Origin: Welwitschia mirabilis
Lineage: Eukaryota
Direction: 5' to 3'
Assembly (NCBI GenBank): GCA_051453625.1
Contig: JBOZIK010000001.1
Coordinates: 49,282,592-49,346,031, forward strand
Length of the DNA: 63,440 nt
Both the position numbers and the translations under genes were made by a program. The notes under the pieces are model-generated. The model made no database searches and was not told the DNA's origin. It worked only from the letters and a program-made list of their open reading frames with translations. Below are positions 40,111-53,300 of the stretch, piece after piece (the first letter of the stretch is position 1; every line of letters starts with the position of its first letter).

Positions 40111-41206
40111 TCTTGTGATGTATATTTATATAACATTTACATCTTGAGTAGAATTCTATTAATTACAAATATAATACATAAATACAACACACTAATATAG
40201 ATGGGAGTAACCCAAGTTTCATAATCCATCAAAGGCCAAAGTAGAAAATAAAAGAGTTGCTTTCCACAAAGAAATACTCTCACATTAATCTACAAAAATA
40301 ACTTGTAATACATAAAAGTAGAATATAATACACTCATGTAAAGCTAATTTAAGAAAAAGAAAAAATGATACATCTAACCTAAACTAACCAAGCATAACCT
40401 TGATAAAGGTTTCTTTCATAACCTATATTACTAAAGAAACTGTCACCAGATCAGAAGCAACATAAGCTATGAGGATGAGAAACAATCACACATTCTAATC
40501 ATAAAAGAAAATGTTTTGTATTAATCATGAACCACATCCGTGATACAAAGTAACTGCACCTCAATAAAGAAAACACTGCCCAACACTAAGGAAAAAGTCT
40601 CTCTATCATAAGAATAGATCTTTAGCCCTTCAATCTTCTATCATAATAATTTTAGGTGCAAATGAAGACAAGAGGGAGTTAAGGATAAGATCATTATTTA
40701 TTAACTCAACCACACAATAACACAGACATAAAGGTATGGATAAATTATAATGTCACATGAGGAGAAACAGAAATAAATGTGGTAGAATTTAAGTGAATGT
40801 TTAATATAGATGTTACAATAGTGTTATCTGGATAGTCATTTAAATGATATAATAGATAATGCCATATCATAATTAATTCATATGAGCTACCAGATAGACT
40901 ACTGTCAGAATCTAGTTGGCACTCTTTGCATGGTTGTTTGTATAGTCATCTAGACAATGAGGTGGGTGATGGCCTTTAACAATTCTTCAGTTAGTGCATT
41001 ATTCTCAATGTTCTATGGAAAGTTATCTTATAAATGTAAAGTATTTAAATTAGCTCAAAATGCTATAAATTATCATGGAGATTATATTTTTTCATCCTTT
41101 TCATCTTAGCTCTTCATTATCATAAAAATCAAGCATTTACCTATTTGTTAACTTGCAAAACCACTTAAAATAACCTATTAAATATGCATAAGTTGACAGT
41201 GCAACA
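40111..41206 (-). mobile_element. 5' LTR of element C2 with tRNA-Asp-type PBS at 40090-40107
   Basis: Colinear with the other C LTRs. PBS reads tggtaccattatcaggga on the minus strand. Confidence 0.88.
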
Positions 41207-41612
41207 CCCTTTTTATGTTTTTATTCTAAAACTTCATCTATATTAATATTACTAGCATCACACATTAACACAAAATATATGGTCCAATCAGATCCTTCTA
41301 CAATGGGTTTGGAAGTGATTTTGTCTTTAAGGTTTTCAGAGGCATTTTGACAATCTTCATTTCAATCAAACTTGGTATCTATTTCAAAAAGGAAATGAAA
41401 GGATTTACAAATCTTAGCATAGTCCTTAATGAATCTTCTATATAATTTGACATGTCTAAGAAAAGATCTCATTTTTTTAATATCAGTTCAAGAAGTAAGA
41501 TTCTTGATGATGTCTATTTTGGAAGGGCTCATTTTAATATCGTGACAAGAAATGTGGTGATAAAGTACAATTCCATATCTCATAAGAAAATAACCCTTCT
41601 CATAACTAAGAT
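41207..41612 (-). pseudogene. Fragment of Athila RT C-terminus and RNase H start (element C1), interrupted by the C2 LTR
   Basis: RSFLRHVKLYRRFIKDYAKICK...CQNASENLKDKITSKPIV...FVLMCDASN. Confidence 0.82.
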
Positions 41613-41712
41613 NNNNNNNNNNNNNNNNNNNNNNNNNNNNNNNNNNNNNNNNNNNNNNNNNNNNNNNNNNNNNNNNNNNNNNNNNNNNNNNNNNNNNNNN
41701 NNNNNNNNNNNN

Positions 41713-43638
41713 CTTATTTGCTATGAGATCTTTAAGGGTGACATGGGAATTAGTATAAGTAGAAGTGGTTATAAGGGTTCTAATAAGAAGGGTGAATTTT
41801 GTAAGATAAGTTGCTTTTCCTTTTGGAATGAGGTAGACATGGTTAGGAATGAGAAAGTCTTGTTTAAATAATCATTTGAAAAATCTTCTTTAGTAAAATC
41901 AGACTCTGTAGAAATGAACATAGATATTATAAGAATTTCTAAATCTTGTGTACCTTTGCTATGCTTATCTAATTTAGTTTCTATATTTATCAAAACTTCT
42001 CAGATATTTTCTATAATAAATAGTTTCTTTTTCTAGTATTTTTCTTTCTTTCTAGATTTTACCATACATGCTCAATATGGAATGAATAGAGTATCATCCC
42101 TGCATTCATCCAGATAATATTTTGGATGACAGAAATCATAAAAACCATAAAAAGAAAAAAGTAGAAAACAAAAATGAAAAGCTAATAGAGACATAAAAAT
42201 CTAAAAGTAGAATGTAGTCCACCTAAGTCATATGAACAATAGAGGAAATGATGGGAAAAACCCTTAAAAAAATTTTGACAGAAAACTAAAATAGAAAACT
42301 CACAGCATAGAGATCATTGTCATCACACATCACTTAGATAATGAAGAGAATGACTAAGTTCTTATTATAGAACAGAATGAAAAAATTTTATTTGAAAATG
42401 GAAAAATTAACACTGTAAAAACAAAAAATCTATACTATCATAGATACTATTACAATGCTATTGCAGGTAAGCATTCAAACCGAAATATTTACCAAAGCAA
42501 TGGTAATTCTCAAACTCTAAGCAGCCTTTCCCAGCAACAACACTAAGATATTGCAGTGCATATTTATGCAACATTTAATTCCTAAGTAGAATCTTATTAA
42601 TCACAAATATAATGCACAAATACAACATACTAATATAGATGGGAGTGTTTCAAATGTTATAATCTATTAAAGACCAAAGTAGAAAATAAGGGAGTTGCTT
42701 TTCACGAAGAAATATTTGCACACTAATCTATAGAAATAACTTGCACTACATGAAATTAAATATAACACACTCATGCAAAGTTAATCTAGGAAAAGGAAAT
42801 AACAATGCATATAACCTAAACTAACCAAGCAGAACCTTGATAAAGGTTGCATTCATAATCTATATAACTAAAGAAACTATCACCAAATTAAAAGCACTAT
42901 AAGCTATAAGGGTGAGAAACAATCACATATTGAAATTAGAAAAAGAAGTATTTTATATTAATCATGAACCACATCCATATTACAAAGTAGCCACACCTTA
43001 ATGGAGGAAATGCCACCTAACACTCTCTACAACTATAAGGATGGATCTCTAGTTCTTCAAGCTCTTCTCATAAGAATTTTAAGTGCAAATGAAAACAAGC
43101 AGGAGTTGAGGGCAAGGTCACTATTTATTGACTCACAATCACATAATAAAATAGACAAAAAGGTATGGATAAACCATAACAATCATGCAAGGAGAAAAAA
43201 AAACACATGTGGCAAAAGTAAGATGAATGTTTAGTATAGATATTATAACAGTGTTATTCAGATGATCGTCTAAATAATAGAAGAGATGATGCCACCTCAT
43301 AATTAATCTGTAACAGCTACCAAATAGACTATAGTCAGCATCCCAGTTGGCACTATTTACATGGTTGACCATACAATCATCCAAATGATGAAGTGGATGG
43401 TGGCCTTTGACAATTGTTCAATTAGTGCATCAACCTCAATGTTTTATAGGAAGTTATCTTAGAAATGTAAAGTATTCAGAATAGCTCAAAATGCTATAAA
43501 TCGTTATGGAGATTGCATTTTTTTCATCTCTTTCATTTTAGCTCTCCATTATTATAAAAATCACGCATTTATCTATCTATTAACCTATAAAACCATTCAG
43601 AATACTTTATTAAATATGTGTAAGTTGGCAGTGCAATA
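41713..43638 (-). mobile_element. Element C1 5' end: LTR (42549-43638), PBS (42528-42545), 5' UTR and gag start
   Basis: Colinear with 39270-41206. Right flank GTGGC resembles ATGGT left of 28960 (two transitions). Confidence 0.85.
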
Positions 43639-44399
43639 GTGGCATTGAAAGGGAAAAAAGAAAGAGATAAAGTACCACAATGTTCTATTACAAGTTCACT
43701 CAAATATTTCCAAGAGGGACCTTTTGTAGTGTAATATTATAGATATGATAACTCCACTTAGGGGTCATTTGGCCACAATTTAAATATTATATATATATAT
43801 ATCTTGTGAGTCCTTACTCTTTTAATAGTGGTTTCACTCTCCTCATTATGATTAACTTAAGTTGTAAAAAATAAAAGGCTAAGGAATAGTTATACCCCAG
43901 GAGTCATCTGAGAAATAGCTAGTTATCCAATCTATAACTCTATCACAACTTATTAAAAAAAGAAAAAAAGAAAGATTAAGAGAGAAAAGGAACTAGAAGA
44001 AAAATATTCTAATCTATGATGGAATATGCATGCCAATATTTTCAATTCAAGGGCATACACAATTATTAAATTTTATTTGAGCTAAGGGAAAGATTCAAAG
44101 TTTTAGATTTATTTTTCATTATCTTAACAATTTAATAAATTATTTAGTTTAAATTTTCTTTAATAGAATTGATATGCCCGTAATAAAATGAAAATAGTGT
44201 AAGATAACTTTATTTAAAATAAAAATTAAAAATTTTATTTAAAAAATAGTTTATTACTTCTAGTTACAAGAATAATGGGAAAAACATTTCTCAACATACT
44301 AAGCAAATAATTCACCAACTAAAGCAACTCAATTCTTAAAGGGGCTAAAAAACTTATTCCTCCTATGAGAATGTCTAATCTTAGAAGATGATCCTATAG

Positions 44400-44950
44400 A
44401 ATTCTTACCTAGGGGTAGTAGATGCATCTAACTTAGAGATTCAAATAGCATATTAATCTCCTCTGGGTGGGCTTATCAAAAGTTTTGATAAGTTTTAGCC
44501 TTCCGTATTATCTTCTCTATATTTTCCTTATCAAAACTCAATATAGCAAGACAAAGGATAAGACCTGTATCTTAAAGCTATCTAATCCTTTTCTCTAGTA
44601 CTTACATCTATTCAACTAGCTAGCCTAAAGAAACATTGTAAGCCGAATCCCCATAATTGACTTGCTGATGAAGTTCTTTAGTTCTCATCCTCAGATACTC
44701 ATCCATTAGGTGATGGATTATGGAATGAAATCTTAGGGTAATGACACTAATTTCAAAAATGATTTTTGTCAGCCTTAATAATAAAAAAATATAAGATATA
44801 TAAGACCTCAATAGTTTATTTGTAATCATAGTACAAGAACTATTGTACCACCCTAACAAAGACTTGAGATGACTTAGGGTTTACACTACTTATGCATATA
44901 TCTATTTGTGTGTAATCCAACTTGAATAAGCAATGTTTCATCTTCTTAAT
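44400..44950 (-). pseudogene. Degenerate antisense ORF of unknown function in 3' region of element B
   Basis: The frame of ORF 44620..44859 continues past TAG/TAA stops (HHLMDEYLRMRTKELHQQVNYGDS...VLEKRIR...IEKIIRKAKTY...HPEEINMLFESL). Confidence 0.4.
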
Positions 44951-45565
44951 GCTAGAGGTAGTAACAGGAGAAGGAGAAGGAGTGCAAGCAATAAGGATTA
45001 GTAAAGAAAAAACAAGAAGGATTGAAAGATGATTAAGTAAAGGAGTTCTAAAGCTTGGGTGAAGAATGATGGATGATTAGCATGTAAGAAACGTGATTTA
45101 TAGCATAAGTCTTACTATCATGCTTGATAAGTATAATTCATATTACAGTATCTAGTGTACACATGTTCAATCTTAAAGTAAAGGATTATGTAAAATAGAC
45201 ACACTTTTTTGCCAATAGCTAAAGTGTGCTAAGTATCAGCATTAATTTTAGAGTAAGTTTAGAATCAAGAAACCTCAAACTAATCAGTTTTTAATCTAAA
45301 GTTAGAGCTTTAGATTGGTTTATAATTAGTTTATATTTCCTAAGCTACATGCCATTGTAGGAACCCACCAAACTTTGTCATCATAAACTACATTACTAAG
45401 CAAACACCAAAAAATCTGCAAACATTTTTTGATTAAAAGAAAACTTTTTATGCCATATCTAATAACTTAAAAAAGATTTTCTTTTATTTTAAAGAATAAT
45501 AAAAAATGAAAGTTAGGGATGTTTTTCTTCTAATAAAATATCATCATAAGACAGGACTTGAAATC

Positions 45566-45980
45566 AAAGATCACCTAGTTAATTGATATCAATCCAAAGC
45601 CAAAACTTTGAGTCAAATTTTAAATCAAACTATTGTGATGAGAATTTGAATTTTTTTGGTTGATACTAATTCAAAGTTAAAACTTTGAGTTAGATCTCAT
45701 TCCAACTCATTCATCTTCTTATGCTTTAAAAAATTGCAATCAAATAAGACCATGCAATTGATTGACCCCAACTTAAAGATGAAACTTTGAGTTGGGTTTC
45801 AAGCTAATCTGATTACTTCTTTGTCCTATAAGCAAAATGAAAGATCACATGATTAACTGATAAAGATCCAAAGTCACAAATTTAAGTCAAATTTTAATCT
45901 AAATCATAAACATGTAAGTTCTAGAAGTTAACTAACACTAGTCCAAATTTGAAGTTTTAGACCAGATTTTAAGTTAACTT
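45566..45980. repeat. Degenerate ~80-105 bp repeat array in 3' region of element B
   Basis: About five copies of ttgat..aa(t)ccaaag..aaactttgagtcaaattttaa at ~45590, 45665, 45770, 45865 and 45940. Confidence 0.6.
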
Positions 45981-46749
45981 TAACTCTTTAAACTTACTTT
46001 AAAAGAGGAAGCTTTAGATCTTAATAACCCCCCTTAACTTTTCACTATAACTCTATCATATGATTTTTCTTTTTTTATTATTACTTTCTTTTATAATGAT
46101 AGTGATTAGAATTCAAAGGATGTTATCAAGAAGTCAATTAAAATAGTTAAAGAGTTCTTAATGATTAGCTTTAACTATTTTAATTGACTTCANNNNNNNN
46201 NNNNNNNNNNNNNNNNNNNNNNNNNNNNNNNNNNNNNNNNNNNNNNNNNNNNNNNNNNNNNNNNNNNNNNNNNNNNNNNNNNNNNNNNNNNNNNNNNNNN
46301 NNNNNNNNNNNNNNNNNNNNNNNNNNNNNNNNNNNNNNNNNNNNNNNNNNNNNNNNNNNNNNNNNNNNNNNNNNNNNNNNNNNNNNNNNNNNNNNNNNNN
46401 NNNNNNNNNNNNNNNNNNNNNNNNNNNNNNNNNNNNNNNNNNNNNNNNNNNNNNNNNNNNNNNNNNNNNNNNNNNNNNNNNNNNNNNNNNNNNNNNNNNN
46501 NNNNNNNNNNNNNNNNNNNNNNNNNNNNNNNNNNNNNNNNNNNNNNNNNNNNNNNNNNNNNNNNNNNNNNNNNNNNNNNNNNNNNNNNNNNNNNNNNNNN
46601 NNNNNNNNNNNNNNNNNNNNNNNNNNNNNNNNNNNNNNNNNNNNNNNNNNNNNNNNNNNNNNNNNNNNNNNNNNNNNNNNNNNNNNNNNNNNNNNNNNNN
46701 NNNNNNNNNNNCTTTAACTATTTTAATTGACTTCATAATTGATTTGATA

Positions 46750-47940
46750 TTCCTCGTCGAGGACTCTTAAGTTCTCAAGGACCCTCATCGGACCTGGTGT
46801 TGTGGAGAGTGGCAACCACTTAAATATGCCTTTTTACTCCTTTATCATTCCACTTAAACTCATTCTCGATGACTCCTTCTTGTTCTTGATGACTTTCATC
46901 GTAATGTCAGTTTCATGTTATCTTAACTATATCAGCATTTGCTATATTAATTTCAACTCAATAATTTTTTCTAATTTACACCTTAACAACATGTAATTCA
47001 AATTTTTTAACATCAACAAAGAATAAAAATTTCTAGCTACATCTATTTTGTTTCTAGTGAAATTTCGTATTTACTCCTCATATGTATGAATTGAATACAA
47101 TACTAAGTATGAGTTTTTAGCTATTTAAGCAAGAAAGAGGTTAGTAATTTATACTTCCACCATTTCATTTTACCTTGTTATCATTAAGTGCTTTTTTGTA
47201 TTTAAGATCTTAAGTAATGGTGGAATTTCTTTGAGTAAAAATCTCAAGTATTATTAATACTTTAACTTAATAATTTAGAAGCATGTTGAATTTCACATGA
47301 AAGAAGAGTTGAATAAATTCAATGAATGCAATACTTTTAAAAATGTAAAAATGATATTTTATATTTTTAAAAAGAAAAGTGCTACTTAGTAAGCTATTTT
47401 CCAAAGATTGTTTGTTATAAAAATTCCTTTTCAACATACATTTTTTTATGCCTAACTCCAATACTAGAAAAAATTTATAGAATGTAGGATCATTTCTTCA
47501 CTAAATTTTGTATAAGTTCTTTCAAACCCTTGCTTGATAGAATTTAAATAGATAATTATCAAGTTAGGATGGTATGAATGGCTTACTCTAAATGACTGAT
47601 TTTCATTAGAATCTATATATGAATTTTTAAAGAATTTAAGAATAAATGATGCCAAAAATGTACTAGAAATAATAGTGGAAAAAATGAAAATAGTAATTAC
47701 CCAATAAGATATTATAAAAATATTGCATCTACCACTCAATGAAAAATCCATTGATAATACTAGTAGAAAGAAAGACATGAATCTAAGCATGATTTTGCTC
47801 AAAAGGATGGCAATGTAAGGAAGAATAACAGTAAATAAAGATACAGAACTAGAATTCTTTATCATTTCAAGAATCATGGTCAGTAATTTGATACTGATTT
47901 TTCACAAATAAGAAGGCATTACATTACTCGACGAATATAT
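46750..47940 (-). pseudogene. Second degenerate antisense ORF with hydrophobic N-terminal segments, element B
   Basis: ORFs 47464..47877 and 47267..47461 are adjacent and protein-like. Intervening stops fit CAG/CAA/CGA decay. Upstream part is lost in a gap. Confidence 0.38.
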
Positions 47941-49099
47941 ANNNNNNNNNNNNNNNNNNNNNNNNNNNNNNNNNNNNNNNNNNNNNNNNNNNNNNNNNNN
48001 NNNNNNNNNNNNNNNNNNNNNNNNNNNNNNNNNNNNNNNNNNNNNNNNNNNNNNNNNNNNNNNNNNNNNNNNNNNNNNNNNNNNNNNNNNNNNNNNNNNN
48101 NNNNNNNNNNNNNNNNNNNNNNNNNNNNNNNNNNNNNNNNNNNNNNNNNNNNNNNNNNNNNNNNNNNNNNNNNNNNNNNNNNNNNNNNNNNNNNNNNNNN
48201 NNNNNNNNNNNNNNNNNNNNNNNNNNNNNNNNNNNNNNNNNNNNNNNNNNNNNNNNNNNNNNNNNNNNNNNNNNNNNNNNNNNNNNNNNNNNNNNNNNNN
48301 NNNNNNNNNNNNNNNNNNNNNNNNNNNNNNNNNNNNNNNNNNNNNNNNNNNNNNNNNNNNNNNNNNNNNNNNNNNNNNNNNNNNNNNNNNNNNNNNNNNN
48401 NNNNNNNNNNNNNNNNNNNNNNNNNNNNNNNNNNNNNNNNNNNNNNNNNNNNNNNNNNNNNNNNNNNNNNNNNNNNNNNNNNNNNNNNNNNNNNNNNNNN
48501 NNNNNNNNNNNNNNNNNNNNNNNNNNNNNNNNNNNNNNNNNNNNNNNNNNNNNNNNNNNNNNNNNNNNNNNNNNNNNNNNNNNNNNNNNNNNNNNNNNNN
48601 NNNNNNNNNNNNNNNNNNNNNNNNNNNNNNNNNNNNNNNNNNNNNNNNNNNNNNNNNNNNNNNNNNNNNNNNNNNNNNNNNNNNNNNNNNNNNNNNNNNN
48701 NNNNNNNNNNNNNNNNNNNNNNNNNNNNNNNNNNNNNNNNNNNNNNNNNNNNNNNNNNNNNNNNNNNNNNNNNNNNNNNNNNNNNNNNNNNNNNNNNNNN
48801 NNNNNNNNNNNNNNNNNNNNNAAGTTGAAACCAGAACTTTGGGCATAGTAGAAATATGATTTCCCTCTTTCATAGCCCAAATGTTAAGTAAAAATAAAGC
48901 TTCATTCTAACCAAATAAGTCTTATATTGAAGTAACTATTTAGCTTTTATTTGGAGTTAAGGAGTTAAATCTCCTAAGAACTCTAGAACATAGGACAACT
49001 TAGCCACATCTAGGAAAATTCTTTTATGTCCCTTAAAGTCTACCTTCATTGTTACCCTCCTCAAGCATACCATAAGACCCAATCCAATTCATATTTAAA

Positions 49100-50980
49100 G
49101 AACTCATACCTTTCCATCCACTTTAGTCTAGTTAATTCTCCAAAGCATTAGAGGAAGACAAGATGAATAGCCTCTATAGTAATTTGAACTTGAGTAAAGA
49201 TGAAATTAAAACCTATCTAGGAAGAAATTAGGAAGTTTTAGAATTATAACATTAAGTTGGTAATTTGAAAATTGAAAATGAATTCTTAAGATACATATTG
49301 AATCAAGAAAAAGAAAATAATGAAAAGCTACATCACAAGATCATCAACAAGAAAGAAAATATTTATCTCTCTAAATCTTTCAAATATGGAAGTAGGAAAT
49401 TACAAAGACTTACGAATGCATTACTAAGCTACAAATGCCTACTGAAGACAGGGGAGACTTAGAAAATCTTTTAAGGAAAAGGCCACACATGTTAGTATCC
49501 TTATTACATTATTTTACTTCAAATAATAAGTATGATGTTGAAAACATAAAGCATGAGTAGAAATTCATCACATTTATGCATAATGAAGGGCCTCTAGTTA
49601 TGAATAGGAAATATTCAAATAAAATCTATACAAAGTTGTAAGGATGAATGCAAAATTTATGAAGATCCATGCAGAGGCCTAAAAATATAGATATAAATAG
49701 CTTGAAGCTCAAAATTCTTTGGGATACTATCAGTCCCTTTTAGAAGAAAATAAGAGAGTCATAGGTTAGATGATGGAAGAAATAAAATTCTCAAGAACCA
49801 AATGAGATAGGCAAGCTCTTCTAGTTAACCCACACATGATTCTTCAATAAAATAATTTTTATCAAAAATAAAGAAGAAAATTAGAAAAGAAGTAAGTTCA
49901 ATCCAAGACACTCCCTCAACTTCTTTAACGTTGACTAGTAAGATGGAGGACAAAATAAAGTTATGTATTACTAATGCCCTAAAAGAATATTATGCTAAGT
50001 TAAAAAAGGATTTTAAAATAACAAGCACTGAGTCTATCTAACTTATTATCCATAATTTAAAAAAATAAAATATGAGATTGCTTCATGAGCTTTATCTTAT
50101 GGAAGTAAAATTGGGTAAACAAATTAGGTTTAGGCACAAAGAATTAGCTACATTACATAGCCTTGACTACTACCTTCAAAAGTTATACAACTTTATTAAT
50201 AAATTTGAAGAACATTTAGAAAGCATTATTTAGAAAACTTCTAGGAGATGCTCAAAGCTAAGTCATATTTTTAATAACTATAAAAAATATATTAAAGAAT
50301 TAAGGATTTAGATTATTCAAAATACTACTAAGTCGCCTATGAGAGAATTTAAGAATTTTTTTAATGACATTGCAACCAAATTTTATAGGATATTTGAAGA
50401 CCATGAATCTAATGTTAAAGTCTTTGTCATGTTCTCTCAGGATTTTTAACAGTTACATTATTTTAAATATTGGATTGTCTAGAACATGACTATGCTGAGA
50501 GGCACTTTCATAGATATTTTTTCAAAATTAGAGAATAAAGATTCTTCTTAAATATATATATTTCCCCTTGGATAAACGTCAAGAATAGAACTACGAGTGG
50601 GGGCAACTCCAGATGTAGAACATGTGCCTCAAAGTTTTCAAGCAAATATCCCCTTAACTTCTAAAAGAAAGAGAGGAGAACCAAAATAGCAAAAAGCTGC
50701 TCTATGATGTAGAGGCCAAGGAAGAAAGGCAGGACCAAAGTAGATGAAAACAAAGACCATAGATTTAAATGGTCTTGCTCTTTAGGAGGAACAAAGAAAA
50801 ATTTAAGCTACCTTAAAATGGAAAAGATAGTATACCCCATTTGCCATGAAAATGAAATCAAAATCCAATATAGCTACCAGGGAATAGGAAAAATATTTTG
50901 TCTGATCAGCTAGTAAAATGGAGAAATCACTATCCAATGAGAAGCATCCTTTCATTTTTAAAAGAAGAAGAAGAAAATGA
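49100..50980 (+). pseudogene. Degenerate sense ORF (K/E-rich, coiled-coil-like) upstream of the element B 3' LTR
   Basis: MNSLYSNLNLSKDEIKTYLGRN*EVLEL*H*VGNLKIENEFLRYILNQEKENNEKL..., later DHESNVKVFVMFSQDF*QLHYFKYWIV*NMTMLRG. Basic C-terminal end. Confidence 0.5.
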
Positions 50981-51054
50981 TGAGTTTATATATTTTTCTC
51001 TTTTGTATATGTTTGTTTGTTAAGAGGCTGATAAAACCTTGAGCTTGAGGAAAC

Positions 51055-52001
51055 TAATGAGGATAAATTTAATGTAAATCTTGCTTATTAATAAAGTATT
51101 TTCTGTTACTTAATTATGAAATTTGAATAATAATAGATGTTTTTCTTTATTATTATACTTACTAATTAATANNNNNNNNNNNNNNNNNNNNNNNNNNNNN
51201 NNNNNNNNNNNNNNNNNNNNNNNNNNNNNNNNNNNNNNNNNNNNNNNNNNNNNNNNNNNNNNNNNNTGAGATGACAGAAAATCAATAATAACCCCAACCA
51301 TATACTATTCCTAAGGAGTAAAGAATAAAAACAAAAGCATCAATAAGGATGTAAAAATAGGATCACCACTAAAGGGAAGTATCTTTTTAGCAAAACATTC
51401 TAGGAATAAACTAAAGAAGAAGGTCAAGGAAGGGAGATCTAGCTATCTTAAAAAGGATGCAATAGCATTTTTCATACTCTAAAGTATTACCTATAAAGGA
51501 GAACACAGACATTAGAATGTCTTTATGTAACAATTAGTATTTCAATATAATGCTAAGAATCATATTTGAGTATTATTGTATACATGTTCTATTACTTTAA
51601 AAAGTAATATTACCTCTATTTTCTCCTATTTATGTAGCTTAACATAGATAAGGATACTTAACAGTACTTAGAAATAAGTATTATCTAGCATTTCATCATA
51701 TTTATAGCATGTTTTACTACTTTCTTCATTCCCCCCTAATATAGTATATGTACATAATAAATTAGCAGTAATAAACCATCCTAACTATTTCAAGTAACTT
51801 TATCATGAGGCTATCATGATGATGCATTTTTAACTAAATAGTTGAATCTTAACTAGTTCTTTAGTAATCCTTTGGTTATTTTTATTTAATGGTATGAGCT
51901 TATTTTAGGTTAACAGCAGCATAGTTTCTTCATTTTTCTAGCATTATTTTATATATTTTGTGATATTTTCTATAATTAATTCATCACATAAGCACCCATT
52001 A
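51055..52001 (+). mobile_element. 3' LTR of element B (contains N gap)
   Basis: Colinear with 22620-23572. Preceded by gagcttgaggaaac and followed by TSD ctcat. Confidence 0.88.
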
Positions 52002-53300
52002 CTCATAGTTTTTTTCATAGATTTGACCTTATTTTAGCATTTTAACAGGTGATGTTCTTTTAGTCCATAATGATAATCTCTCTCATATGTTGTTTTAGCA
52101 TCTTTTCAAGTTTTGGCACATCCACTTGCTACTCTTGAATCATTTTTAGTTGAAGCATATTTGAGGATTTTCTTTAACATTGCCTCTTCTTATTTGATGC
52201 ATTATCATTGTTCTGTCCTAACACTGCTTTTTCTACCTTGATTTCTTCTCTTTTACATGATTTTTTAATAATGATTTCTTAGCCTTTACCCATCTTTCAA
52301 ACTTCATAATAACTTTTTTTAGCCTCATTGTTGCTAGTATTGACTTACTTACTTTACAAGGCTTCACTTTTTATCAATCTTACTCAGAGGTCTGTCATCT
52401 ACTTATGTCATCTAGACAACATAGGTGGACGACATATAAGATGCATTATTATCTTTTTCTTCATATATTAATGCAATATGAGATGTACTGATTCATATGT
52501 TTTGGGTGGGGGGGAAAGGGTAATATACCTTTGAAATATTTTTTAACCAAAATTTTAATTATTAGAATCATTTTTGAGCTTTCATAATACATATATGTGA
52601 TGTACTATTTTGGTTATAATTTTATATTATTCATGTAATACACATTATGAGTATTTTTTAGCAAGACATGCCCTAGATAACAAGCTCTTAGTATGCACTT
52701 TTCAGATGAAGAAAAATTTTCTTCTCCTCCACTTTTACCTATGAGATTCCATGTAAACTTTACTATAGCACCATGAGGGCAATGATGTTATGATTATTTT
52801 TTATGTATTTACCCCTTGTGGATTGTAGTTAAAACTCACTAGTTTATTTATATACATCATTTTGAGTTATTTTTATTTTGATTATACATACACATCATCA
52901 TTTTTTTGAGTTATCATTATTATATATTATGATAAGTTTTGTGTATGACATTTAATTTTTATTTTGTAATGTGATAAACATTTTAAGTGAGAGGCTAATG
53001 TATATTGCAATACTCTAGTATTTTTATGATCATGATTGTAGATAATTGATTTTTCAGTCCAATTTTTGAATCTCGTCATTCTTATTGTCATTTGGATGAC
53101 GTACAAGACAATAGTACGGTCGCACAATCTACGAAGGTAATATGTTTAATTTATTAGATTTTGTTATTTAATCCTGTGTGATAATCTTTCTAAAGTAAGT
53201 TCATGTTTTCCTAGTTACTATTTATCTTAGTCAATTTGGCTTATAAGTTATAGTTGTTCTCTTACTTTTTTAGGAACTGATAAGGCTAAGTAAAGGGCTA
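52002..53300 (+). mobile_element. Family-A 3' internal region ending in PPT
   Basis: Homologous to 17120-17650 and to A2 18903-20100 (reverse). Ends ggaactgataaggctaagtaaagggcta. Confidence 0.8.

Larger units (their letters stand above)
22620..52001 (+). mobile_element. Full-length non-chromovirus Gypsy element B (Athila-like pol) with nested composite C
   Basis: LTR pair 22620-23572 and 51055-52001 (taatgagg...ccatca/ccatta). TSD CTCAC/CTCAT. Flanks rejoin into family-A internal sequence. Confidence 0.88.

Noticed and set aside
43787..43802. Short (TA)n run and scattered poly-T/poly-A tracts
   Set aside because: Ordinary microsatellites with no TSD or SINE/LINE context.
46158..46736. Long ORFs spanning N runs (also 47902-48880, 62388-62738 and others)
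   Set aside because: Artefacts of assembly gaps. The 24-mer ctttaactattttaattgacttca on both sides of the 46193-46711 gap suggests the contigs simply overlap.
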